Shown: in pieces, positions 26,557 to 41,644 of the stretch
How the letters are laid out: each line of letters opens with the position of its first letter
How positions within the stretch are numbered: position 1 is the first letter of the stretch
NCBI RefSeq assembly: GCF_009914755.1
Contig: NC_060925.1
DNA from: the human T2T-CHM13v2.0 reference genome, Homo sapiens
DNA length: 64,000 bases
Reading direction: 5' to 3' (one strand)
The notes under the pieces: generated by a model
The model's database searches: none
Told to the model about the DNA's origin: nothing
What the model saw: the letters and a program-made list of their open reading frames with translations, nothing else
Made by a program: the position numbers and the translations under genes

Positions 26557-26871
26557 GGCCAGGTGCGGCGGTTCACACTTGTAATCCCAGCACTTTGGGA
26601 GACTAAGACAGGCGGATCACTTGAGGCCAAGAGTTTGAGACCAGCCTGGCCAACATGGTGAAACCCCGTCTCTACTAAAAATACAAAAATTAGCCGGGTG
26701 TGGTGGCACGTGTCTGTAATCCTAGCTGCTCGAGAGGCTGAGGCAGGAGAATCGCTTGAACACAGGAGATGGAGGCTGCAGTGAGCCAAGACTGCACCAC
26801 TGCGCTATAGCCTGGATGTCAGAGCAAGACTCTGTCTCAGAAAAAAAAAAGAAGAAAGAAGAAAGAAGAAA

Positions 26872-26923
<52 letters not shown>

Positions 26924-27024
26924 GAAAGAAAGAAAGGAAGGAAAGAAAGAAAGAAGGGAGGAGGGGAGGGAGGGAGGCAGGCAGGAAGGAAGGAAAAGAA
27001 AAGAAAAGAGAAGAGCAAAGAAAA
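26557..27024 (+). mobile_element. AluS with tail expanded into a (GAAA)n/(GGAA)n/(GGGA)n polypurine tract
   Basis: Alu body 26557 to about 26840; TSD gaaaatgacaatgg (26543-26556) / gaaaaggacaatgg (27025-27038) brackets the whole microsatellite. Confidence 0.95.
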
Positions 27025-27371
27025 GAAAAGGACAATGGAATGAAAAGGGTGCATATACCAAGAGGAATTCATTCAAATGAGGCTCAGCACTGAACCCTCA
27101 GTCTAAGGAAAGAGGCTGCTCCTGTCTTATTGGAAATGAGCCCCTGTTTTTGTTGTTGGTGTTGCTTTGTTTTCAGGCTGACTGTGGTTTCTTTTGTTTC
27201 ATTTAATCTGGTAGTTATGTGTGGTCCTTTCTAGACAAGGAAAAAATGCGAAATAAGTGGTGTTCCCTTTTTTGGCATGGGGTTCTTTTTCCCCAGAGTC
27301 CTTCTTGTTCCAGGTAAGTACTGCCCTGGAACAAAGTATCTACTAAGTTAATTTATAATAAGACATGAATG

Positions 27372-27600
27372 GTGTATTAGTTATTATTGCTGTTATACCA
27401 TATTCCCACAAATTTAGTGGCTGAACACAACATAAATGTATTCACTTACAATTCTGAAGGTCACAATGGGGTCACAGTTCTGAAGGACCCCATTTTGGGA
27501 CTTACAATTCTGAAGGACCCAATATGGGACTCACTGGGCTCAAATCAAGCTGTTGTCAGGACCGTGTTCCTTCTAACGGCACTAGGAGGGCATTATTCTG
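27372..27600 (-). mobile_element. MLT1-family LTR remnant with a short internal triplication
   Basis: tgtattagttattattgctgt...cacaaatttagtggctgaa start; ttacaattctgaagg-like unit present three times. Confidence 0.6.
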
Positions 27601-27757
27601 CCTTCCGAAAGTAGTAATGCATCATTCACTCTCCTACGCTCCCCAGAAGGGATAGGTATTGTACTTCAAAGCACAAGCCTATGAAACTGATTTCTAAAAA
27701 ACTTGCAGAAGGAATACAAGCTGAGACGAAAATACCAGCACCTAGAGCAGAGCATGC

Positions 27758-28044
<287 letters not shown>

Positions 28045-28582
28045 GCTTTTAAGAGCTGATGCATCACCAAGGTTCTCCATAACACGGGGTGTAGAGGAAA
28101 CTAAAATATGGATGTTAGTAATTGTGAAAAGATGGACACTGAATACCAAAAACGTTTGAAAATATCTTCAAATTTTTATTTTGTTTATATTTTCTCTTTT
28201 ACATATGCATAAGAGAGATACATATTTTAAAATCCATGTCTAAAACCTCCGAGACCTCTGTCACTAAATGCACGACATGATTTTAATGACGAAAAGGCAT
28301 TGAGTTCTGTAAACCTAAAATGGTTGTTAAATAAAGTCTCTTTTTTTAAAAAAAAAAAGAAGTATTGGTAATAGTAGAATTGAAAAAGTGCTTCTTTCTT
28401 AACGATACATAAAATAATGTTCTTAAAATTGATGATGACTGAGATTCGATGAAATAGGGTATTTCATGCTCAATTTTGAGTTATTTTGCTACTAAAATTA
28501 ATAAACAATTTCTCAAACAAGAGATAGTAATTTTAAAAGTTTTATTTTAGGTTAATGTTTTCAATGAAACAAAAACTTCTGA

Positions 28583-28926
<344 letters not shown>

Positions 28927-29320
28927 TGAAGTTAACAAACCATTCTGTGATGAGCGCACTTTTGTGTTTGATGTATGTCCATACTATGAAATCACATCAC
29001 GTATTTATGTTTAACATATCTGATGTTACCCTAGGTTTAGTTTTGAGAATTTACCTGGATTACTGAAAGGAAATGTATCCTAACATGATTCAATTGCCTT
29101 TCAATGTAATTCAGGTATAAAGGAAGGTTATCTTTGATAATCACCAATTTTCTAAATATAAAATTTGTTCCTCACAGATTTAAATGTATGATGTTATTTA
29201 TGTGATCATTTAGTAGAAATATACTCATTTCCATCAGGATAGGATTTGATTTGCAATTTATAGTGGCTTCTAATTAGGTAATATTGACATAATTCTGCAT
29301 CAAAATCTAATAGAATATAG

Positions 29321-29834
<514 letters not shown>

Positions 29835-30199
29835 CATATGCTTATATTTATCTTTAGGTCAATTAATTTAATGATTTTTATTTGTAAAAACCTCTTTTCG
29901 TGTTCATTCTTTCAGTGAATATTTATTGAGTATTCACAGCAAGCCATGCACACTTATGTTAAGATGCCATAACAAAGGCAGCTAAATACATCCATATTAG
30001 GGTTGAAGTTCTCAAATCTTAGAGAAAAATGCTAATTTAGTTATGAAGACATGCTGTGACCAATATATTTAACATATGAATAAAATTTAGGTAAATAAAA
30101 TGAAATTCTCATCTAACTCAAAATATCTATCCAATAATTTCCTAGATTGGCTAAAATGTTCATCTTAGTCTCATTCTTTTTTTCTTAGGCAAGGTTTTC

Positions 30200-32620
30200 T
30201 AACCAGTAGGTCATGAAACACTGTTGCCTACAAATCCTGGAGAATTCTTCACTAGATCTGCACTACAAGAAATACTAAGGAGAATATTTCAGACTGATGA
30301 AAATTCTAGCTGAAGAGCTGCAGGGAGAAATAAAGATAGAAAAAATAAATAAGTAAACAAATATATACATTATGATTTAACATTGACGTTTTAAAAATAA
30401 CAATTACAATAATATCTAATGGAGATAACAATGTGTCATATAGTAAAATTTTTACTATATGACAATAATAGTAAAAAAGAGAGAAGGGTGAAATCTGGAT
30501 TTAATGAGTTTTAAGATTTTTGGATGTTTAGAAGTGGTACAAGGACTAAGTTAAGCTATACTATGTTAGGTCAAGGGTAAATATCGAATCACTGTAGTAA
30601 CCACCAATTAAAATAAAATACCTTATATTTTATTTTAACGTAAATTGTTAAAGTATATTATAAATATACTTTGTTCTTTCACTATACAAGAAAGCTGTGT
30701 AGTTATGTTACTATAAGACAAAATAGATTTCAAGTGAAGAATTATTACTAGACATAAAGAGGAACATTTTATAACTAAAAAGGTCAGTTCAACAATAATA
30801 CAGAAATCCCAAATTTTTATGCACATAATAACGTAGCTTCGAAGTAAAGAAAGATAAAAAACAAATTCACAAGCACGTATACATATATATATTTATGCAT
30901 CTATGTACACATTTATGGAAATAGCTATAACTATATTGATGTGCGAAAAAGCTAGTAGAGGGGAGTAGAGGAATCATAAAAACATCATCCAAAAGAAAAT
31001 AAGAAAGGAACCAAATCCCAAGGGTACACCAAACAAATAACAGTTCGTATTATTAATGGAGAGATACAGATATAATTCAAAAGCTAATAGAATAAAAAAT
31101 GAAATAAGATAATCCAAAAGACAAGAAGAATGGAAGAAAGAGGAACAAAGAGCAGAATGGTGAAATAAAATAAAATAGCAAGTGGGTGGCCATAAACACA
31201 ACTATTAAAAATTACATTAAATGTAAACAGGCTAATCAAAAGCAAATTAAAAGTTAACATTGTCAGACTGAAATGAAAGACAAAATTCAGCTGTATGTTG
31301 TTTATAAGTAGCATATACAGATGGACAAAGAAAGTTTGAAAATAAATGAATGGAAAAATAAATACCTTGCAAACACAAACCAAAAGAAAGCTATATGAGT
31401 AATTGAGGAATAGGCTAGGATTTTGCAGAGTTGTGTTTAAGTCAAACAAGTGTAGCTATGTTACTATAAGACAAAGTAGATTTCAAGTGAAGAATTATTA
31501 TTAGACATAAGGAAGAACATTTTACAATTAAAAGGGTCAGTTCAACAATAATATAGAAATCCTAAATGTATATGCACATAATAACATAGCTTCTAAGTAA
31601 AGGAAGAAATAAACAAATTCACAAACATAGTTGGAGATTTTAACACATGTCTCTAAGTCCCTACCAGAACAAGTAGGCAAAACCAGTATGGATGTGAAAG
31701 ACTAGAAGATGATTAATCAAGTTGGCCTAATATAGGAAACACTCTACCTGACTGAAGAGTACATATTCTTTTCCATTGCAAATCTGTAATAGCATTTACC
31801 AAAATAGGCCATCTTCTGGATGACAAAGCAAGTCACAACAAATTTCAAAAGACTTAAATTGGCCGGGCGTGATGGCTCACGCCTGTAATCCCAGCACTTC
31901 GGAAGGCCAAGGTGGGCGGATCACAAGGTCAGGAGTTTGAGACCAGCCTGACCAACATGGTGAAACCCCGTCTCTACTAAAAATTAAAAAAAAAAAAATT
32001 AGCCGGGTGTGGTGGCGCATGCCTTTCATCCCAGCTACTCAGAAGGCTGAGGCAGGAGAATCGCTTGAACCTGGGAGGCGGAGGTTGCAGTGAGCCAAGA
32101 TTGCACACTGCCCTCCAGCCCAGGCGACAGAGCAAGACTCCGTCTCAAAAAAAAAAGACTTAAATCAAATTGACTGAGTTCTCTGACCACAGTCTTCGTT
32201 AAACTGGGAATTAGTAACACAAAGAAAAATAGAAAATTCCTAATGTTTGAAAATGAAGCAACATACTTCTCCATGACCCATGGGTCAAAGACAAGATCAT
32301 AGTAAAATTTTTAAAATATTTTGAACTGAATGGTAATAACAATAAAATATACTAATACTTGTGGAATGTAGCTTAGAGGAAAAGTTACAGCGTCAAATGC
32401 CTATATTAGAAAAGAAGAAACGTTGAAAATCACTTAACTATGCTTTTATCACAAGAAGCTAGAAAAAGAATAGCAAATTAAACAAAAGAAAGTAGAAGTA
32501 ACTGGATAATAAAGAAAAGACATCAATTAAAAGAAAGCAAATGTACTATATGAAAATCAACAGCTAAAAGCTGGTACTTTGAAAAACTAATAAGATGATT
32601 AAAAAAAAAAAACCCTGGCA
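30200..32620 (+). mobile_element. Old L1M fragment (ORF1 end, inter-ORF, ORF2 endonuclease region)
   Basis: A-rich L1 motifs: attacattaaatgtaaa, agacaaagtagatttcaa, gttggagattttaacac, gcctatattagaaaagaagaa. Confidence 0.8.
31861..32156 (+). mobile_element. AluS nested in L1
   Basis: ggccgggcgtgatggctcac start; TSD aaaagacttaaat. Confidence 0.95.
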
Positions 32621-33807
32621 CATAAAAAAAGATTAAGCATGGGCAGGGATGATAATAGAGATCAGAGAAGACTGGAACATGAAGCTGCCCAGAGAGTGAG
32701 CATAAATAGACAACAGCACGTAGTTAAGCAGCTCAACAGTGACTTGTCCTGCATTTTATTGATTCTCTTGGCCTTTCCCTCATGCAAACGATGGCTGCCA
32801 CATCTGCAGACTTTACTTCTACTGACACTATTCGAGGTTCCACTCCTGTGTCAGCAACTTGTTCCTGCCACCCTGGATGCTTCCAAAAGCCAGACACCTA
32901 TGCATCAGCTTTTGGCAGCAAAATGCAGAGCCTCCTTGCTTAAGTAGCCTGCTTCTGATTTGAAATCCTCTGAACATGGGTCTGATTGGTGGAACTTACA
33001 CTCCAGCTGCAATTCCTGTATTCTTGAGTTCTGTTTCACTTAAGTTACTCTGCTAGCAGCTAATCACCTCTTGTCAGTTAATAACTCATCATATTAAATT
33101 ATCCCTATTCCCAAATTACTGGTGGTTTTGATTCCTGGCTAAATCCTAACTGATACACTTTCTTATCAGGATTAGCAGATGTCTGATTTTTGAACTGGAC
33201 AGTCTGGGATGTGACATTTCTGTTGGATCTAAATGAGACAGAACTATAAATGCTATTTTATAAATTTACATAAATTTTTAATTAAAATAGTGAGTCACAT
33301 GGATAGAAGTTCTGCAACTGAATGTAAAATATGTCATATATTTCACAAGCCATAATTTTTATAGTTTGGGCTACACATTTTTATCAAATGTATTATACAT
33401 ATTTTGAACTCATCTTGTAATTCTGTTTCTTACCTATGCTTCCAAAACACTCTTTCTCCTTTATTGCACTCTATTCTCTTTCTCCTGATAAGTAGCATAG
33501 CATATTAAACTCCAGGATTTCAAATCACATTGCCTCAAATAAATCCTTTCTCTGTAGCAGTTTGAACTTTTCAAATATAGTACTTTCCAGGACAAAACCA
33601 GCCATAAAGAAAATATATATAATTGTGGTATATCTGTACAATAGACTACTACCCAGCAATAAAAGGATAGGCCATATATCCTATCCTGATAAATGCAACA
33701 AAATTGATGAATATCAAAACTATAATGTCATACTTTTCACAAAGGAAAATATACAAAAGGTCAGTAACAGGGACACAGTGCTCAACATGATTAGTCATTA
33801 GGGAAAC

Positions 33808-34612
33808 TGTGGAGGCTAAAGCAACTCCATCTTGGATGCTAATCTGCCATGTTGGCTTCTGATTAACCCCTGTTCCTGGAAGGCCTCCGAGATTTCTAGT
33901 TTACCTATTGTTCCTTGTGTAAGTGCACATACTTACCCATACTTAATGTAAATCCTACCCTTATGTCAAAACAACCTTGATATTATCATACTTCAGTTGT
34001 CCTGCACATCACTTCTGAATCACATATACTCTTTCCCTATGGTATGTAAGCCCTGGGTCTTGGGTGTTGATATGGTTTGGCTGTGTCCCCATCCAAATCT
34101 TATCTTGAATTTTAGCTTCCATAATTCCCATGTGTCATGGGAGGGACCCAGTGGGAGGTAATTGAATCATGGGGGAAGGTTTTTCCCATCCTGTTCTTGT
34201 GATAGTGAATAAGTCTCATGAGATCCGGTGGTTTTATAAAAGGCAGTTCCTCTGCACATGTTCTTTTGCCTGCCGCCATGTAAGATGTGACTTTGTTCTT
34301 CCTTTGCCTTCCACGATGATTGTGAGGCCTCCCCAGCCATGTGGAACTGTGAGCCCATTAAACCTCTTTACTTTGTAAATTACCCAGTCTAGGGTATGTC
34401 CGTACAGCAGCATGAGAATGGAATAATGCAAGGGAAATGGCACAGGCATCCACCATCTTGTCTCACCACCAACCGAGACACAGACATGATTTCTATTCAT
34501 AAGTGCCTATTAAATGTTCTTTCTGAGAACTGGATTTGTCAGCTTCTTACTTCAGCCTCTCAACTTCCTCAAACTGGGGGTAGATTTGCATATATCTGCT
34601 CACCATGGAACA
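33808..34612 (+). mobile_element. Solo LTR (LTR47-like) with exact 5-bp TSD
   Basis: TG...CA termini (tgtggaggctaaagcaactccatcttgg ... caccatggaaca); GAAAC at 33803-33807 and 34613-34617. Confidence 0.8.
34068..34430 (+). mobile_element. THE1 solo LTR nested in the LTR47-like element
   Basis: tgatatggtttggctgtgtcccc...cagcagcatgagaatggaataatgca. Confidence 0.92.
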
Positions 34613-35386
34613 GAAACAAAAAATCTTAATAAGTGACCAATAAACAAATTGGAATGGCTGAAAAATTAAATACTAACTACACCAACATCAGTGAGTTTGG
34701 GAAATGAGAAGAAATCTCGTGTATTGGTTGTGAAAGGGTAAAATGATTCCATCACTTTGGCAGTTTCCTATAAAAGTAAACATATACTTGCCCTACAATC
34801 CAACAATTCCAGCTCCCAGTATTTACCTGAGAGAAATAAAACATGTTTACAAAGAGAGTTTTGTACCAGAATATTCATAACTGACTTATTTATAACAGCT
34901 CCCATTAAGAAACAGCTCAAACATCCATCAAGAGGAGAACAGCCAATCATATAAATGTGGAACATTTGTATGATAGCACACTACTCAGAAATTAAGGACA
35001 AATACTGATAAATGCAATAAAATCAACAAATCTCAAAAGCACCAGGTTATACAGAAAAAGACACAAAAGAGCACATAAATTATGATTCTCCTCTCACCAT
35101 TGAATTGTCTTCATATCTTTGTCAAGAAATGGTTGGTGTATAAGTAGATCTATTTCTGGACTCTATTCTGTTACTTTGATCTATATGTATATTTTTATGT
35201 CAATACCACACTGTTTTGATTGCTACAGTTTTCTAGCAAGTCTTAGTTACTAGAAAACAAGTGATGGCGATCTTTCAACCATGTTCTTTAAGAACATTTT
35301 GGCTATTCTACGTTTTTCAGCAATGCATTTTTAGTACTCTAAGCTTTGGTCACCTTTTAATTAAACTCAACATTTTAATTACTATT

Positions 35387-35851
<465 letters not shown>

Positions 35852-35939
35852 TAAATAAATAAATAAATCCTCAAATTTTAAATTACCTCATTAAGATAAA
35901 TGTTGATTCCCATCCCTCTTTCTTTTCCTGTTTCCTTTC

Positions 35940-38065
35940 TGTATTAGTTCCTTTTTCATGCTGCTAATAAAGATATACCCAAGACTGGGAAATTTATAAA
36001 GGAAAGAGGTTTAATTAACTCACACTTCAGCATGGCGGATGGGAGGGGGAACCTCAGGAAACTTACAGTCACGGTGGAAGGAAAAGCAAATACGTCCTTC
36101 TTCACAAGGCAGCAGGAAGGAGAAGTGCTGAGCAAAAGGGGGAAAAGCCCTTTATAAAACCATCAGATCTCATAAGAACCCACTAAGTGTCATGAGAACA
36201 GCAGCAGGGGGTAACCACTCTGGTGACTCAATTACCTCCCACCAGGTCATTCCCAGAACATGTGGGGATTATGGGAACTACAATTCAAAATGAGATTTGG
36301 GTGGGGACACAGCCATATTATATCATTCTGCCCCTGGCCTCTCCCAAATCTCATGTCCTCACATTTCAAAACATAATCATGCACTTCCAACAGTCCCCCT
36401 AAAGTCTTAACTTATTCCAGCATTAACTCAAAAGTCCAAGTACAAAGTCTCATCTGAGACAAGGCAAGTCCCTTTCTTGGAGCCTGTAAAATCAAAAGCA
36501 ATCTACTTGGATCTACTTCCTAGATACAGTGGGGCTACAGGCATAGGGTAAATACACCCATCCAAGTGGGAGAAATTGGCAAAAATAAGGGGGCAACAGG
36601 CCCCAAGCCAGTCCAAAATCCAATAGGTCCTGTAAAATCAAAAGCAATCTACTTGAATCTACTTCCTAGATACAGTGAGGGTACAAGTATGGGGTAAATA
36701 CACCCAATCTGAGTGGGAGAAATTGGCCAAAATGAGGGGGCTACAGGCCCCATGCCAATCTAAAATCCAATAGGGTAATCATTAAAACTTAAAGTTCCAA
36801 AATTGTCTCCTTTGACTCCAAGTCTCACATCCAGGTCATGCTGATGCAAGAGGTGGATTCCCATGGTCTTGGGCCACTCCACCCCTGTGGCTTTGCCAGG
36901 TAGAGCCCCACTCCTGGCTGCTTTCATGGGTTGACATTGAATCTGCGTTTTTTTCCATCTACCATTCTGGCATCTGGAGGATGGTGGCCCTCTTCTCACA
37001 GCTCCACAAGGCAGTGCCCCAGTGGGGACTCTGTGTGGGGGCTCCCACTGCACATTTCCTTTCTGCACTGCCCTAGCAGAGGTTATCCATGAGGGCTCCA
37101 CCCCTGCCGCACACCTCTGCCTGGACATCCAGGCATTTATATACATCCTCTGAAATCTAGGCAACGATTCCCAAACCTCAGTTCTTGACTTCTGTGCACC
37201 GAAAGGCCTAACAATATGTGTAAGCCACCAAGGCTTGGGGCTTGCACCCTCTGAAGGAATGGCCTGAGCTGTAAATTGGACCCCCTGTAGCCATAGCTGG
37301 GATGCAGGGCATCAAGTCCCTAGACTGTACAAAGCAGCAAGGCCCTGGGCCCAGACCACAAAACCATTTTTTTCTCATAGGCCTCTGGGCCTGTGATGGG
37401 AGGGGCTGCCGTGAAGACCTCTGACATGGCCTGAAGACATTTTTCCCATTGTCTTGAGCAATAACATTCAGCTCCTTGTTATTTATGCAAATTTCTACAG
37501 CTGGCTTGAATGTCAATTCAGAAAAAGGAGTTTTCTTTACTATCACATTGTCAGGCTGCAAATTTTCCAAACTTTTATGCCCTGCTTTCCTTTTAAACAT
37601 AAGTTCCAATTCCAAACCATATATTGCTGAATGAATAAAACAATGTTTTTAAGAGCACCCAAGACACTTCTTGAATGCTTTGCTTCTTGGAAATTTCTCC
37701 TGCCAGATACGCTAAATCATCTTTCTCAAGTTCAAAGTTCCACAAATCTCTAGGGCAGGGGCAAAATGCCACCAGTGTCTTTGCTAAAGCATAGCAAAAG
37801 TCACCTTTACTCCAGTTCCCGATAAGTTCCTCATCTCCATCTGAGACCACCTCAGCCTGACTTCATTGTCAATATCACTATCAGCATTTTGGCCAAAACC
37901 ATTCAACAGGTCTCTAGGAAATTCCAAACTTTCCCACACTTTCCTGTCTTCTTCTGAGCCTCCAAACTGTTTCAACTTCTGCCTGTTAGCTAGTTCCAAA
38001 GTCACTTCCGCATTTTCAGGTATCTTAATAGCTATACCCCACTCTACTGGTACCAATTTACTTCC
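35940..38065 (-). mobile_element. THE1 (C/D-like) MaLR provirus: 3'LTR 35940-36325 plus full internal region; 5'LTR missing
   Basis: tgtattagtt...tatca LTR; PPT junction ttctgcccctggcc; internal start ggtaccaatttac. Minus ORFs at 36760-38056 are broken MaLR internal ORF fragments. Confidence 0.92.
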
Positions 38066-39421
38066 CTTTCTGAAAACCTAAGACTTTACAAAAGACAAAA
38101 TAGCCTTTCTTTTTGTGGATTTCACTGTGTTCTATTTACGTCCTAGAGAAGAAGGAAAAACAAGTAAAATATACAGTAGAGAGAATTTCACTATAAATTT
38201 TCACTATTTTCCCACTAGTCATTTAAAAAACTTTATGACTACAGGATCCCATAATTCAGATCAACAGTTTCTTATTTGGCCAACTTTGTAACCAGATTTA
38301 CAACAGGCTCTCACACCACTTTGCCTTCTGAAATGTGCTAGCTAACTCCAAATGCCATGAGGAAATTAGGGTCCCAGAGCTGGCTGAGCACCAAGCTCAC
38401 CTAGAGATTGTTTCACACATCTGTCAGGCTTTACTTCAGACCTCTATATCAGTATATTTAAGCACCTTGAGAAATCGCTGTGGAGTCAGTTTGAGGAACC
38501 AGAGCCCGGAATTGCCTGGCCTTAAACACTCAGCTCATGCAACATTGAGGAGAAGCTGGCAGTGCCCAGTAGAGCACACCAACAAGTCCCATAAAGGAAA
38601 GAAAGGCTTTGAAGATCCTTACTCCTGAATGGTGTCCCACCTGCCCTTAAGTTAGCTTTGAAAATAGGGATGCAATGTGCCGAATCGACCTCACCCCAGA
38701 GCAGCTTTCTGAAGCTGGCATAAATATCAGAAAAAGGGCTGCTTTCCTGCCCTGCCACTTCCCCTGGCTCCCCAACAGCTCCTCTGTCACTCTTTCCATC
38801 TGCAGACACCTCAGGAGGCAATCAGCACAACAGCCTTGCCCTGTCTTTCAATCCTCCTTGGATTTGCTCCTGTTATTCCTCCTCCCTGAAATCTCTACCT
38901 CCCCACTCCATCACCACCTGTCAGATCATTTCCTTGAATACCTGATTTAAATGGTATTTCCTCACTAAGCCATTGTGACTGTCTAGGTCTGGATTTTCCA
39001 GCCGTGTTCGGACTCCATGCATTCGGTTCCACTGTCACACTTTGAGGAAAGCCCATGTGCACTGAAGTTTTGGTTTTCACACTGTTTGCTCCTCTCAGCG
39101 TCTTCACTTGGAGTTCATAGTTCCCTCCTCCATGCACTCTGGCACTTTGGCTATGTCTCTGTTTTGATGATAATTCCTGGCCTCTGTTCCAGCATCTGGG
39201 TGGCCATCTGGCTCTGAAGCTGTCTTGAAGACAGGTATTGATTTTTATTCCCTGCACGTTCTCCTGGCATTCACCCCAGAGAAGAGGAGTGTGATATTAT
39301 TCCACAAATAACTTCAACCTCCAAAACTGCTAGTGCCCTCACTGTTTCACTTTACATTCAGCCATGTGGAGAAATCTAAGTAGGAATTGTTTTTATAGTG
39401 GTCCACTCTAATGTTAGTACT

Positions 39422-39903
39422 TGCTGTGGGTTGAATTGCATCCCCACCATTCATTTGCGGAAGTCCTAACCCCCAGTACTTCAGAAAGTGACCTTATTTG
39501 GAGATAGGGTTGATGCAGATGCAGACGTAATTGAGTTAGGTGAGGATGTGATCATAATGGGGTAGAGAGAGCAGGGTGGGCTCTTAATCCAATATAAGTT
39601 GTGTCTTTACAAAAGAAGAAATTTGGACACAGAGACACAAAATGGGAGAACTCCATGTGGACAGGAAGGCAGAGATTCAGGTGATGCATCTACAAGCCCA
39701 GGAACACCAGAGATTGCCAGGAAACCCCCAGATGCTGGGAGAGAGGCATGGAGTGGCTTTTCCCTCACAGCCCCCAGAAGGAACCAACATTGCAGACAGC
39801 TTGATCTCAGCCTTCTGTCCTCCAGACTGGGTAACAATAAATCTCTGGCTTTCAAACCATCCAGTTTGTGGTACTTTCTTCTGGAAGCCTCAGCAAATTT
39901 ACA
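39422..39903 (+). mobile_element. MLT1B/C solo LTR
   Basis: tgtgggttgaattg...gaccttatttggagataggg...gccaggaacaccagagattgccag...cagtttgtggtacttt. Confidence 0.85.
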
Positions 39904-41250
39904 AGGGACTTATTCAGTGAAGACTCTTGCACCTTCACATTTACAGCTATAGACCTTTAGTAGTATACTTCTTGAATCTCTAAGAATGATTCTCTTGTTC
40001 TTTAGGCCGCACTTTTTAGGAGATGACAATTTTTTTTTAGCAAATAGACTTATGCAAATATAGTGTCTTCTTATGCTGTCCTTTCAAAATGTTTGAGCCT
40101 GGTACACATTTACTTAACCCTTAATACTACGTATTTGATTTAAAATTGAGTGTGACTACACATAATGCAGAGCCCAAAATAAGAGCGATTTACAATTAAA
40201 TCACTCTCTATTTCTCCCTCATGTATAAGTCTCAACACAGGTCATCCATGAAATCATTGTTGCCTGAGTTCCTTCTAGCCCACCACCCCATCCTCCTTAG
40301 GGGCACTCATCTGCATGATTAAGGATAGCAGCCAGCCTTCCAGCCATCACACCTGCATTCCAGAGAGTAGACTGGAGAAAGAACTAAAATGAAAAGGGCA
40401 CACTGCACAAAGTGTCTATCTTTTAAGGAAAGATTTCATTATCTACCACATGATACTTCTGATTATGTCCTAATGATTAGAATTTCCACTTGGTCATAAT
40501 TTAGTCACATGGCCACACCCATGACACACAATGGAGGCCACTTGTCAACTTTATTCTCAGTGTGTTCCCACATAAAATCAGACATTTTACTAGCACGGAA
40601 GACGACAGTGGAGAGTGAATAAACACTAATTGTCTTAGGTGCTTGGCACACATATGGAGCTCAAAAGGTTTATCCAGCAAAATCGTTTATTTTATGTAAG
40701 TCATTGATATTAATGATATTCTATATAACCCACCCAGACATTTCTATTAATTACATTAATGCTAACCACAAAAGCAATATTTCAGTGTCATAATACAATA
40801 GGACAGTGAATAATAATAAGTTTATTACTTATTCACATAACAGCCCAAGTAGATTTTTCTGGTTGACAGGCAGTTTTTCTCTACATGTGATTCAGGGACG
40901 GACTTTTTAAATTATATCAGAATTCAGCCAGCAGACTGAGGAAGAAGAGAGCAAAAGCAGGCATGACCACATCTCAAAATCACAACCCAAGTTCAACACA
41001 TCATTTCTACTCATATCCCATTGACTAGAACGCAGTCACCTGGCCACATTCAATGCAAGGTATTTAGGAAGAAGAGAAAAATAATTCTTCTGAACAGTGA
41101 GCTATATCTGCCACAATATTTGCCTCTCTTGGAGGAAACATTAGCACAGATGACTCATCAGCTCACAGAGCAATCTCACTTAAGCCTCAACTCAAAAAGC
41201 AACATCTTCACCTCTCTATAAAAACTGGAAATAAAGGATAGTAGTGGATG

Positions 41251-41617
41251 CATCCATAAAAAAGAACGAGATCATGTTCTTTGCAGGGACATGGATGGAG
41301 CTGGAGGCCATTATCCTTAGCAAACTAACACAGGAACAGAAAACCAAACACCACACATTCTCACTTATAAGCAGGAACTAAATGATTAGAACACATGGAC
41401 ACATAGAGGGGAACAACACAAACTGAGGCCTATCAGAGGGTGGCAGGTGGGAGAAGGAAGAGGGTCAGGAAAAATAACTAATGGGTACTAGGCTTAGTAC
41501 CTGGGTGATTAAATAATCTGTCCAACCAACCCCCGTGACACAAATTTACCTGTGTAACAAACCGGCACATGTGCCCCTGAGCTTAAATAAAAATAAAAAT
41601 AAAAATAAAAAAAAAAG
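41251..41617 (+). mobile_element. L1PA (older primate) 3' end with A-rich tail
   Basis: aaaagaacgagatcatgttctttgcagggacatggatggagctggaggccattatccttagcaaactaac...; aataaa-rich tail. Confidence 0.92.
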
Positions 41618-41644
41618 GAAGAAGAAATCACAAAACTTCAGGTT

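Larger units (their letters stand above)
33600..35090 (+). mobile_element. L1M 3' remnant interrupted by LTRs
   Basis: ctcaacatgattagtcattagggaaa|[LTR]|caaa...; actttggcagtttcc; ttcataactgacttatttataacagc. Confidence 0.65.

Noticed and set aside
26722-27076. Lys/Arg/Glu-rich and Phe/Leu/Ser-rich ORFs (also 52144-52725, 13344-13706, 15102-15314)
   Set aside because: Translations of microsatellites and Alu sequence.
36760-38056. Cluster of minus-strand ORFs suggesting a gene
   Set aside because: Frameshifted pieces of the THE1 internal ORF.
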